Positions 39,537 to 51,500 of a DNA stretch of 64,000 bases are shown piece after piece. Under the pieces are notes generated by a model. The model was not told the origin of the DNA. It did not search any database and worked only from the letters and a program-made list of their open reading frames with translations. Made by a program: the position numbers and the translations under genes. This stretch comes from Balanoglossus misakiensis (Eukaryota; Animalia; Hemichordata), in the NCBI GenBank assembly GCA_040954595.2, contig CM082581.2:6936699-7000698 (forward strand), read 5' to 3'. Numbering within the stretch: the stretch's first letter is position 1; the number at the start of each line of letters is the position of its first letter.

Positions 39537-40129
39537 TTGTCACGACGTAATGTTGTTAGATTTTTTGAAAGAGTGCGCAGCATATTGGTATGCTATCAGA
39601 ACATGTTGGCTAACGTGTTTATTACTGCAAGTATAGAGTCATTAGCATGTATTCAGCCTATCACACACAGATCTACATTGTATGTATGCCCATGGATGGG
39701 GACACACACACACACACACACACAAACAAACACAGGCCACAGCACTATCACAGTTGCTTTTTTCAAGTTTCTTTGTAGGAAATACATCTCTCAGATTTGT
39801 TTTCTCTAATCACCTCAAAACTCAGTCCACAGAAACTGTGATACGTACCCATAAAATTTACATATAATACCGGCCTACAACGGCTTGTTATGATAACGCT
39901 GTCTTTAGTGTATTTTACCGTTATTCATTTGTTCATTCATCCATTCTGAAAAATTTGTTTGTATTTAAAGGAAAAGAAAAGAAAAAAACATTTGATTTGA
40001 ATGTTACCGGTGGTTTTGATTGCAACGGCAGGTACCGTGACATTGTATGGTCTTTTCTTTCACAAATGTGTGCTTTTTGACGGGTGGCAGATAGACCAGT
40101 AAGAACTCCCAGTACTGTGCATATTTGAA

Positions 40130-40216
40130 CCCTTTCACGGTGACCATGGATCGGTCAAAATTCATTGTTTTCCATGATAAAGTTGGACTTCTACAGAGGG
40201 AAAGAGGGTGAATGGG
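40130..40216. mobile_element. Diverged copy of the same MITE, opposite orientation to 39452-39536
   Basis: CCCTTTCACGGTGACCATGG...CATTGTTTTC...TGGACTTCTACAGAGGGAAAGAGGGTGAATGGG aligns along its length with the reverse complement of 39452-39536. Confidence 0.7.
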
Positions 40217-43200
40217 TTTAAGACGTTTCAGATAGTGAATTTGCTGAAAGAACAATGCACGTAAAACATACGTATTTTCCATCAGTGAACAAACATCAAC
40301 ACTGAAGACCATGGAAAAAGGAACAGTTTTGAAAAAAAACAATTTTTCTGGAGTTTGAATGCGGACCTCGCCAACTACTTTAATCAGCGTTCCTACTATT
40401 AAGTCTGGGTATATGCCGTGGCATAGCAGTATTATTGCAAGTTTTGCAGAAATTTACGTTTTTGTAAACTACAACCCGACTTTCTGATCCTTGAGTACAG
40501 TTCTGGGCTGGCGGGTGTACCTGACCAAGGTGCCAATGGAAGTGTTTATCTGCCAGTCACTGGAGTATGTGTTAGAACAGTTAGTTATGTTACAATACTG
40601 TGTCTGAACCACCCCCCGCACATTGCACAAGAAAAGACTACACAGCCACAACAGCTCATCATAGCAGCACAATTGGCAGCTAGCTCAATACATTCATGTT
40701 TCAACTCCCAGAGTATTAAGTAGACAAACCTGACAACTCGGCATGCGATAACAGTTCACAGACAATAAAAACAGAAAAAAAAGATTTTACAGATGAACTG
40801 TGTGTGTTAGTGTTTGTGTAGTGATAGCCAGTACATCTTGCCTCTGCTTTGCCAACCTATTGCCCAACTTTTGTATGTACATATATAACATAATATTATA
40901 TATATTTAAAAAAGCTCAAGATCTCAAACACGATAGAAAAATCAACAGCATTGGCCCAAATTCTCTTCTCTAAGCTTTGTGTACTGATTAGAACCATACT
41001 TACACTCCCAGCACTGCCATTGTTGTCATGTTTCCAAAAAAGATTAAAAACAAAAAGCAAAAAAAAAAAAACCTGGTATTTTTAACATTTTGATGAGTCT
41101 TTAACTATTTCAATTGCTAAGAAATATCTCACCCTTCACAATGTATTTTTTATTTCAACATCCCATTGTCGTGTTGACTAGTTACTAGATCTAAAAAGGT
41201 ATCTTACATATAAACTGAAATCAAGTCTTTCACATTTTTACTTAAAAAAATACCCAGAACATTTCTCAAGTTGTGAATTTGTCGTTTCTCTGGTCACTCT
41301 GCTCATCTGTGCACTTGTTACGGCGTTCGCCATTGGTCAATCATTCGTCAACTCGCTAACTGAGATGTATATTTTGTAGCATAGTAACCGATCCCCATGT
41401 GCAGATCATGTGACGATTTCATGTGGTGGTCCCAGAACCCAACCCAGTCTGTGCAAACTGTGCGAGTCATGTGACCTTCTCTTGAAAGGAGGGGAACAAA
41501 CATTCATTGGCCATGCCAGGTGTAATGTTCGCTGCTATGCTAATTAATTATCCATGCTTTCAGGTCAGTGGTTGATACCAGAGCTGTATTATGCTCTCCA
41601 AATATTCTGAGTGAGGATGACATTTTCTGAGCAAATTGTCAAGGGTGGTGGGAAGTCACGTGGCAGGGGTTAAATGTGTAAGGGCTTGGGTTCCAGGAAC
41701 ATCTGAGAGAACACTCATGTGTATAGGGAAGCAGTTTTAATTGAATGTTATTGAGGAGAAAGATTGTTAAACAGATTTATACCAATGCGAAGCTCATTTT
41801 GAATGTGGTAGGGTAATGTTAGGGTAATATACTGTCAGAGAGACTAGAAGTACAAGTAACAGTTTGCAAATATTATACATTTTTTTAGAAAGTTATCCTG
41901 AATAAGAGACTGAAGAGACTGTGTACAGCCTAGTTCACAAATTGCTCTGTAGACTTTACCCCTACCCTTTTCTGTTGTACGAGGGGACTGTTCCATAGGA
42001 GAAGGGAGAGGGGAGTTCTTGTGATGGGGGTTTGTTAAAGTGCTCTTTAAAGGCACTTGTGCAACTGTTTCATACATGCATCACGTTGTTAATCTCTGTA
42101 GGAAATTGCCGTGCACATTCTGGATATCTTGAAAAAAAAGTTTTGTGTAAGGATTGAAGTCTTGTTCTGAAGTCTCAATTAAGCAGTTGTGGATTTGGCA
42201 TGATAGGGCTGAGGAAATTATTCAACATTAATACTGACTTGGTTGTTTCTGACAACCCATTCACATTGGGAGTTTTCTAAAACGTGTCAAAAATGGTTTT
42301 ATAAAAGTTGTCATGGGGGATTGGATCTTCATGACCTCTGATGGAAACAATTTGGAATCAGAGTATTAGATGGGCCTGTTTATCTGCTAAAGGTCACAAG
42401 GTCAAGAATCTTTCTGTGATTCCAAAGTATGGTAATTTTTTTGAGGCATTTCATGGACATTGTTTTTAGAGAATTTGTTGTGTGTGCAGTTTCTGACAAT
42501 TACTTGTTCTGGCTGATAGACAGTTGTGACAGAGGCCAGTCTACTATTGTCCCCCCTTCAAAACTCCCTGTTCCCCAGTACAGAGGTCCGCTATCCGCCA
42601 TTGAGAACATTTAGATTTGGAGCAAACCATGTCGCTGAATGGGGGAGAAAGGTTCAGGCAAGATACGATTTGGAGGAATGTTTGAAATTCATCGTAGGCA
42701 TGTGGAAGATAGGAAAGTTGCATTGCAGAGTTTTGTGTATAAGACTAAAACATGCGCACATCTCTAACTTGCAAACTGAAGTGTGTAAGGTATTAAAGAG
42801 CACAAATGGCTGTGTGTCACCCAGGCCTTACAAGTGTAGTCTTGTAAAATTAATAGAAGGTTGTCATAAGGCAGAATCAAATTACGTTATTTTTTGCTTT
42901 ATTGTGATTTTAGAATTCAATTTTCAAGGTTTAGATTTCAGGCTATCTCTTTACATCTCAGAACGTTTCTTTGTGAAGATTTTTGGCAGATCGACTCTTG
43001 TATGTAAATATTAGATGTAGAGGCTTCTATGACTGTACCATCAAGGCTCTAGTGCTTTATTATTTTTTTTATAGTGCTAAGACTCCAGACTGATTGTCAA
43101 TGTCATTTTCATCAACTGTGTGTCATTATGTTGTCATAGCTTCACCTTACTACAAAATTCAAACTAAAGTTTTCAAAAGATATTTTTGCCAGGTGACTGA

Positions 43201-44401
43201 ATTAATGTACAAAATTTTTATTTTATGGTGCTTCTGTTTATTTTTTCCAACATTCTCATAATCAGTAAACTGCCATCATGGATAATTTAAGAATTATATA
43301 TATAATATATAATACAAATTAGTGTTGCCTCGTTTGAGAAGTACAGAAAAAAAAAAGAACTGAGATTCAGGAGATGCGCGTTCTCTGTGTATGTAGGATT
43401 TTTTTTAGCAAACTGCTTAGGGTTGTATCTGGAACTGCTGTGACAAGGGTATCTATCTACTCATTTCTTGTGTAGTGTTATGTATGTTTTAATATTCATG
43501 TGTGGATCATCAACTTGTATGTACAGTCATCTGTAACTACCTTATACTGACCTTAAATCTTCATTAAAGATATCCCCTCCCCCCTACAATCCCCCCTATC
43601 CATAGTAGCCATACCATTCCACATTATCCACACAACACGTCCACACACACACACACGCACGCATGCAGACACACAGACACTCTCAGAGTTCAACACACAC
43701 GTGTACGTAGTCACTTTAAAAAAATGCTATTTTAACTGTTTTGCGATGACAATCTCAGACAGTGTTCAGTTTTTTCCCTGTATCTGTGGAACACCGATTC
43801 AAAATACAATAAAATTTCATGTACCTAAGATGAGGATTGCATTGTGGTCCATTTTTTTTTCTCCACACAAGGTAGTAGGAGATTGACTGATGGTACATGG
43901 TATTGTGAGTGTTCATGCTTGTGTTCATAGGGTAGTGTGATAAAACTAACACGGGATGGGAGTGTTTGTTCATCTTAGTGGCTGTGGATAATTAAACAAA
44001 ATACTGATATAGTTTGACCCCCTCCCCCTAATGTTTTAATCCTCCATATAAATGAAGTGTGTCTTAAAACCTTGAGATGTCTTTATTAAACAGGTATCCT
44101 CATTTCAGTCAAGTGAAAGTTTATTCAATTGTAACTTGGTTTGATAAATCTCTCCATAATAAAGAGGTGCTGGTTAGGATTGGTGGTTCTGACAAATGTG
44201 CAGATACACATGACCTTTGACCCCAATTCAGGGCAACTTCTGCATGTTACAGTACTGTTATACTCAGTCCTACACCCAAACTTCCAATATACCCTGGGGA
44301 AACCCTGGGAAATGTTGTATGCACTAAAAGTCCATCCACTAACAGTTTATCATCGCAAAATTTCTATGGATGAGGTCCAGTTTAATAGACTAATCATTCT
44401 T

Positions 44402-44415
44402 CAATAAATTTATTG
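44402..44415. terminator. Palindromic back-to-back poly(A) signal CAATAAATTTATTG
   Basis: AATAAA on + (44403-44408) and on - (44414-44409), between two convergent genes. Confidence 0.4.
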
Positions 44416-47400
44416 GGTCCCTACACCATGCACGTCACTGTTGAAAAAGATGGAAGATCTCCATTGGTTGGCCCAAACCACCAGGGGATTTCTCACATAG
44501 CTTTGGTCATTTTCAGTCATTTGTCATCTCACTCGTCAAACAGATGCACAACAGGTGCACAGAATGCTATCACCCAATAAGAACTGGATGTTGCCATGAA
44601 GTCGATGATACACTGTGATTGATTGGGTAATAGCCTAGAAAAATGCTGAAACTGACTGCTTTTTACCAGCACTTGTCTGGTCTTTTAGAAACACATAGCA
44701 TACAGGCATAAATGCACATTTAACATGGCGATGTAGCATAATAGTAAACCAATAAATTATGATCAGGCCAGTTTAGAGGACATTGTGAACACCAGAAATT
44801 TGGCATATTTCCGCTGCTCTGACCTGATACCGTGCAGGCGGTAGAACACCTTCCAAAAGCTGAGACAGATTTCAAGTTATACTGCCCCCACACTGCTGTG
44901 AAGTGAGCCCTGTCGTGTCTCCATGTTCATCTATATGTACCTGTATATACATGTACCCTCTCCATGAGGAACACCGTACAAGGAAACAGTTAATGCTGTA
45001 ACTTGTCGCTGTGTTTTCAGTATTTTTGTTTTGTGCATCTCCTGCAGTTTCTTGTTCAAATTCCTGAAACATCATGTAACGCCCAGTATTTACCTTATCA
45101 GTACAATATATATTGTATATATATAGTCAGCAAAATTTGAACTCAAGTCTGGACTAGAATTCATTTGTCAATAATAACAATGGCCGTTACACACATCCAG
45201 GCTATGTTGACAAGTGGAAATACCAGGTAGAGCAAGAAATTGCATTTGATACACAGAACATAAACATAAAATTACAGTTACAGCCCATATGTCCCCTTTA
45301 AAATCAATTTAGCAAAAAAGTCATGCCACAAAAAGCACAGATCAATGGTACACTGTACAAGACTCCAGCTTGCATGACGAACAATTTTTTTATGCCTTTC
45401 TCAAGAGCAAGAAAAGAACTTTTAAAGACAGCAACTTTTCAAACTTTAAACCTTTTATTACACAAAACAATACCTGCTACACAATGTTGCTCATATGACC
45501 TTTGGTGACAGTACATTTCTATATTTTTTTCTTGTTGGGATTTTTAAATTATTTACAAATCGAAAATATTCATATCTGATGTCATGCAATCGGGGGGAGG
45601 GGAAGCACTGAAGAATTTCACCGTCTATTCTTATAAATGGCCAAAGTTAAATCAATCAAACTATGAGTTTACAAGCCACAAGTTTCGTCAAAATGGGACG
45701 TTTGATCGCGTCAAAACATCAGTAACGTCATCTCTCGACTGTACATGTTGTACATCTAAATCAATTCTCAATATTTCTTCAGTAACTTCCTAAAACGAAG
45801 CTCCACTGTGAATCTGCAAGAATGCAAATGATTTTTCGGTGTCTATGTTTGGAAACATGTTCTCTGACAGAATTGGAACACGCTGTACCGTGTACTGGTA
45901 CTAAACTTACAAACTGGACTTGGAAAATAAATCTCCAAAACGGGTAATTGAGAAGTCAAAAGTACGGCTATGAGCAAGAGACGCGTTTCTAGAGAAAAGT
46001 CCCAAACGTGCAATGAAAAGTAATGTTCCGATAAAACAAAAATGTTCATAAATCACCACGTTTATTAAGGGACCTTGGATAATTAAAACATGCACACAAC
46101 AACTCTGAAAGTTTTAAGTGTGAATGTGTGGCAGTGAATTCTTTCATCTTTGACATACCGCTACTTGAACTCAAAAAGTTAAATAATGAAACAGCAAATC
46201 CATTTCAAGTTGCCAAATTTACTGGCTATAAAATGTAATGACAGTATTTCCTTGTAGTATATGTACTATACACACATATTCTGGCTGGGAACTCTTGAAA
46301 ATTTGGCATTAGAACAATTGAAATACAGCTTCACCCCTACCTCCTTAATGATCAAATTCTGTACTAGTACATGCATGTTATAATTATCCATGGCCCCTAA
46401 AACTTGTCACTTTCTCCCAGACTTTTTTTGTAATTTATACATGTCATATACACCGGTCAGATAACAGCTGTGGGGGCTTGGATCTGTACCAACTAGGACT
46501 AGTTCTACAAGGTCAATGTAACCTTGAGCCAAATGCTCCCAAGACATGACAAATTTGATAGACTTCACTGAATTGAGCATATAATGGGGGATGCCATATT
46601 TGAAAGTTCAAAGCATGAATACTTCATTGCATTTTTACATTTCAAACCTTGACATCGAAAGCAATTTGTTTCACATGTCATGCACATTTTAATTGACAAC
46701 TGCTGTCAGATGGCTTCTACAATAAAATATAGACACGAAACAAATACGTTGATAAAATATCTTCTCTTGCGTAATCCAAGTTCCAAAAAAATGGTCAACA
46801 TCCTTGCATACGTACTCTACAATATTGGTATTTAGTTTTCGTCTCCTAAATTCAAGTTACAACTCTACTGTTAAAATAAATACCCACATACAGAATTTTT
46901 AATACATGATCACTACTCTTTTTACCTTTTTAATACTGACTTTTATAGCCTAGAAATTTCGGATCAATATTCCTTTGTTCGTCAACTGGATCAACCAATT
47001 ATCCTCTTTTGGTCTAAATGTTTCTGACAAATTCCATGCAAGTTCAAAATAGATGTTCAGAGGTGATGCTAAGGAACACAAAACACGTTCCATCAATGGA
47101 AGGTACATCATTTTGCATGTATACTGCCCCCCGGTGGTGGCATTTTGACAAAAGGCCACTGGTTGGCATAGACTTTGCCCTCTTCTTTAACAAAGAAATA
47201 TCGGTCAATAGAGCTGAATATAGAAAAATCTTCAGACACTGATCCTCCATTCTGAAAGAAATAAATCTCTATGGTGACACAGATTTTTGGATTAAAGGAA
47301 AGCATTTGGCAGTTCTAGAAGACCTTGGAGAGGTAGATTTTTACAGATATATTGCAATTTTAATAATAAACGTTGGAATCTTGTTAAAATTTTATTCGTG

Positions 47401-48354
47401 CTTTCTCAATATGACTGGCCTACATTTTTATCGCATGCGATGCATACATTTTTAAAAACTTTCCTACTCTGTTGTCACTTTCATCACAGAAATGAAACAA
47501 TGCAATATATATATACATGTATATGTAATTGTCAAATCTAAAATTTCACTCAAACATTCCAAAAGGATAATATACCGGTATTTTACAGAATCCTAACGTG
47601 AACCATCACAAAAATACTCCAATGTCAGCTGCATTTTCAGAAAACCAATACATGTCTTTTTTTCTTGGAAAATACTATACACTGCCAATGTTTGACTTTC
47701 ATTTTGTCTAGTCAAACTCTTGCAAAATGGGAAACACTTTTTAATACTACAGATGCATACTTGACTTTGTGTGTCAGTGTTGAACATAGTTTACTATTAT
47801 CTTTCCAAAAGACATTAAATTATGACCAAATGAACTGACCAGATCTACATGTATATTATATCACTGGAAATTTCAACAATTTGGTTTTCGTACATGACCC
47901 ACCAGACACTAATATTAAGTGACCATAAACAGCCTGATTTCAACTGATTGCGTTTAAAGCTGACCAAACACGCCTTTTCTTCCCAGAAAAGTCTCCACAA
48001 CAGGTTAAGTCAGGTATTAACACAGACAAACGTTTCACCGACGGGTTCGACCTTTGACTTCTGAACTTGCATGGTCATATTACAGACCATATTTGGTATA
48101 AGTTGATACCAGCGGCCACAATTAACATTCAACTTGGCTTGTCCATATCCCGGCAAACAACTGCAACTGGAGAACTTTATTTACTGCAGCAATAATTCCA
48201 CCACTGGAGCATCTGACTGATAATAATACTGCTGAGGTTCCCCCTGATGTGATGTCACGGTTGCTATGACAACACTCGAGAACCGATCCAACCATAAAGA
48301 TGGTGTTGCAATCAACACCCTTGTATCCATGGCGATCGCAAATGTGGCTGCGCT

Positions 48355-48539
48355 TCACAGTGTCCTGATTTTCCGCATGTTAATAAGTATAATAATGTCC
48401 ATGACGTCGACAATGACAGTTTTCATAATTTCCGTGTTGGTCGCGCACGTGACGTGGGGGTACACAGTCTTTTCGTCAGGTTTGCGCGACATGAATTCCT
48501 CTTGTATAAATTCAGTTGCAGATTCCGTATCATTATCAC
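48355..48539 (-). CDS. G-alpha terminal exon (DNDTESATEFIQEEF...HVTCATNTE...NMRKIRTL*)
   Basis: Acceptor catgcag|, G5 box TCAT, TGA at 48357-48355. Confidence 0.9.
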
Positions 48540-51500
48540 CTGCATGATAATATTAATGATTATTAATTATTATGATATAGGAATTTCTGAAAGTTGAAAA
48601 CTGCAGCTACATGAGTTCAACAAAGAATCTCCATTCAAAAATCGCTACCAGTGCCGCGTGTGAATTAAATGGGATTTCCAGATAGCTAGGGGGTTATTGA
48701 AGATGATGCATTATTTCAACACAGCTAGGGGCTTATTGGCAGACTGAGTTGAATGTAGCTGAGGGATATGAAAATTCTTCATGTAGCTAGGGGGTAATTG
48801 CAATATTCATACTACGATAGCTGGAGGGACATTGGCATGTCTATTGTCAAGTGCTTAATAATTAACAAACTGGCAAAAAAATCGGGTTGCTGTACTTATT
48901 TTATGAGAGCATATGTATAAATGTACAGACTGACTAAGACACAATAATAAAAATAAGTTTATAATATAAATAAACAAAATATAAGATTAGAAATGAAGAT
49001 TAGATGAATTTGCAATTCACATACAACATTCAACAGCATACTACTGTGGTTTTAAATATGAACACATGAAAGTGGCCTATTCTGTCTCTTGCTGCATTGT
49101 TCACCCCACATTAACCCTGCATTTTATCTGCAAAGTAGATAATGTTCACCTTCATCTCCCAGCAGTGTCCAGGCATTTGTTACTGGGTGGCAGGTTTTAG
49201 TTGTACATCATGCATACTCACCGTCGTACTGAGTGAAGACGTCTCTCAACTTGAACAGCTTAAGTTTTTCGACGAACAGGTCGTGTTTGTTGAGGAAGAG
49301 TATGAAGTCGGTGTTCTTCAGGAAGGTGTTTCTTGCGATGTCTTTGAAGAGGGCCAAACTGTCCCTCAAGCAGTTCTGCAAGACAGGCAAAACAGGTGAA
49401 AATCACTCAGTGTATATAATGCGAATGCGCTGATTAAAATTTGCCTTGGAATCGATGCACCACTGACATGACTGCAGGAGACATGCACCTTGAAAGTAAG
49501 AATCTTTAATCAATTATGGGAAACGTGATAAGTGTAAAATGCAGTACCAGAACCTCTACTGCAGATCAGTGAACTCTCTCTTATGCATTTCATTGTATAG
49601 GCCCAATGGATTATTTTTTGTCCTGTAAATTTTGTAAGGTAAAAGTAATGTGGTTGGTGTAATTGTATGCCAGTGGCAATTGTTGGCATGTGGTGGGTAT
49701 TGGTTGTAGCTGAAAGGAAACACGTACTGTTGTCAGTTGAACTGTTGAAGTTGTATAAATAAGTGGCAATTCACAAGTCTCCAACAGTAAACTGTGGACA
49801 CTACGTGCTGAAGTGTGTAGGATTAAGGTAAAGACCCTGGAAAATAACAAAATCAAAACCTGCACTTAACTATTCTTTTTTCCATCATTCCATATCAGTT
49901 ATGTCAACATTCGGAAAGCTGTGTAATGTTTTATGTCAGCAATTTTAAGCAATCAGCAAATACATGTAAGTGCTCTCAAACGTTACATGCTAGTAACAGT
50001 TTCCATGGAAACTTAAAGATGTTGCGCGTAAATTGCTGCTCCCTGATAGATTTTTCTCTGGTGGTGGGAAAAAAAATCTCAGAGATGTCTGATTGCTACT
50101 TTTCTGTCGTGTAATAATGGGCCCAGAACGCTGTCAGACATGCAGCCCTACAAAGGTGACCTCTCGTGAACCCTGGCAGGTAAACATCTATTACAACACA
50201 TTGTAAATTCAACAGAGATACATCTGTGAGTGTTTGTGTACACACGCACATGAATTCTCAACTTTTTACGAGTCCAATGAATAAATCTTGCACGGAGAAA
50301 CAACAAGGGGCAGTCAAGGTCTCTTTAAAATTCCATTTCCATCAACCCTTTTAGCATTTTGACATTTCCATCTCAGACACATGTTACGGTGGCGTCTTGG
50401 CCACTGAAAGTAAAAAGGTGTTTGCGTACTAAAATAGGCATTACACAGAAGAGTGGAGAAATTTGACAAATATTATTAACATCTGAAAATCTATAAAAAA
50501 GACAATAAAATTTGACTGCAGTGTTGTGATAAAATATGAAGTATTCACATGAGGATCACAAAAATAGTTTTATTAGATTGTCTACAATTCCCTTGGTAGC
50601 CCTGAAGCAAAGTTGCTACAGGACAAAACAGTATCAGTTCAATTCTGTTGCTTAGCGTCGTAGATCCCTAAATGTCAGCATGCAATTTATGACTTGCGTT
50701 CTGAAATCCCCCTCAATTATTTGACTATAATTAAGCCTCCAAAACTTCCACTGAAACAACTACCTCACGGTACTATTAAACTTCAGTTGTAATACCTGAG
50801 CCGCAATCTTATTTTGGACGTTTCAGCCACTATCAAATCCACAGTACCGGTAGGAATATTAACTTCAAAACTTCATAATTTGATTCTGAAAGGTTTAATA
50901 ATCTTTGGATTCTTGGCTTTCGTCACCTACCGTGGTGTTGTCGTCAAAGTCATCCACTAGTTCGTTGAAACCACTTAAGGATGTGAAGAAAATGAGTGCA
51001 GTCACACTGTCAAAACAATGAATCCACTTCTTGCGGTGGCTCTTCTGTCCTGCAACATCAATTACCCTGCAGCAGGAAAAAAAATTGTAACAAGGAATGT
51101 ATAATAGTGACTCGCAACTGTGGAACCTTGTGCGACTTTGACAAGTTACAAAATAATCATGGTGGCCCAGCATTTGGGTTTCAGGTGACTCCATTTATAA
51201 TCTGAATTTTTCATATAGTAGTACAAAACATAGCAGCAGTTTTTGTTGATCATAAAAAATTGACAGTTGAAATCACAATATTTAAATACAAAAATATCAG
51301 ATATACAGTTATTGTGGATTATGTGGCAAAGTGGGCATGAAAGCTTACTTTGATTTGTGTTTCATGAATCTATGTATGTGACACTAATACCTGAATTCTA
51401 AACACAACTCACCTGTACGTGACATCGTCTATTCTGAATACATTTTCCACCACACCCACAGTTGGTGTTCTGATGTAAAGTATGTCTTGTAAGGTGGGTA

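Larger units (their letters stand above)
38247..44420 (+). other. Putative long GRK 3' UTR
   Basis: No credible ORF; T-rich on + strand; Pumilio-type TGTAHATA at 40876 and 43003; AATAAA/ATTAAA cluster at 43.8-44.4 kb. The 3' end point is inferred. Confidence 0.4.

Noticed and set aside
39702-43700. (CA)n microsatellites at about 39702-39724 and 43640-43700, and homopolymer runs
   Set aside because: Common simple repeats.
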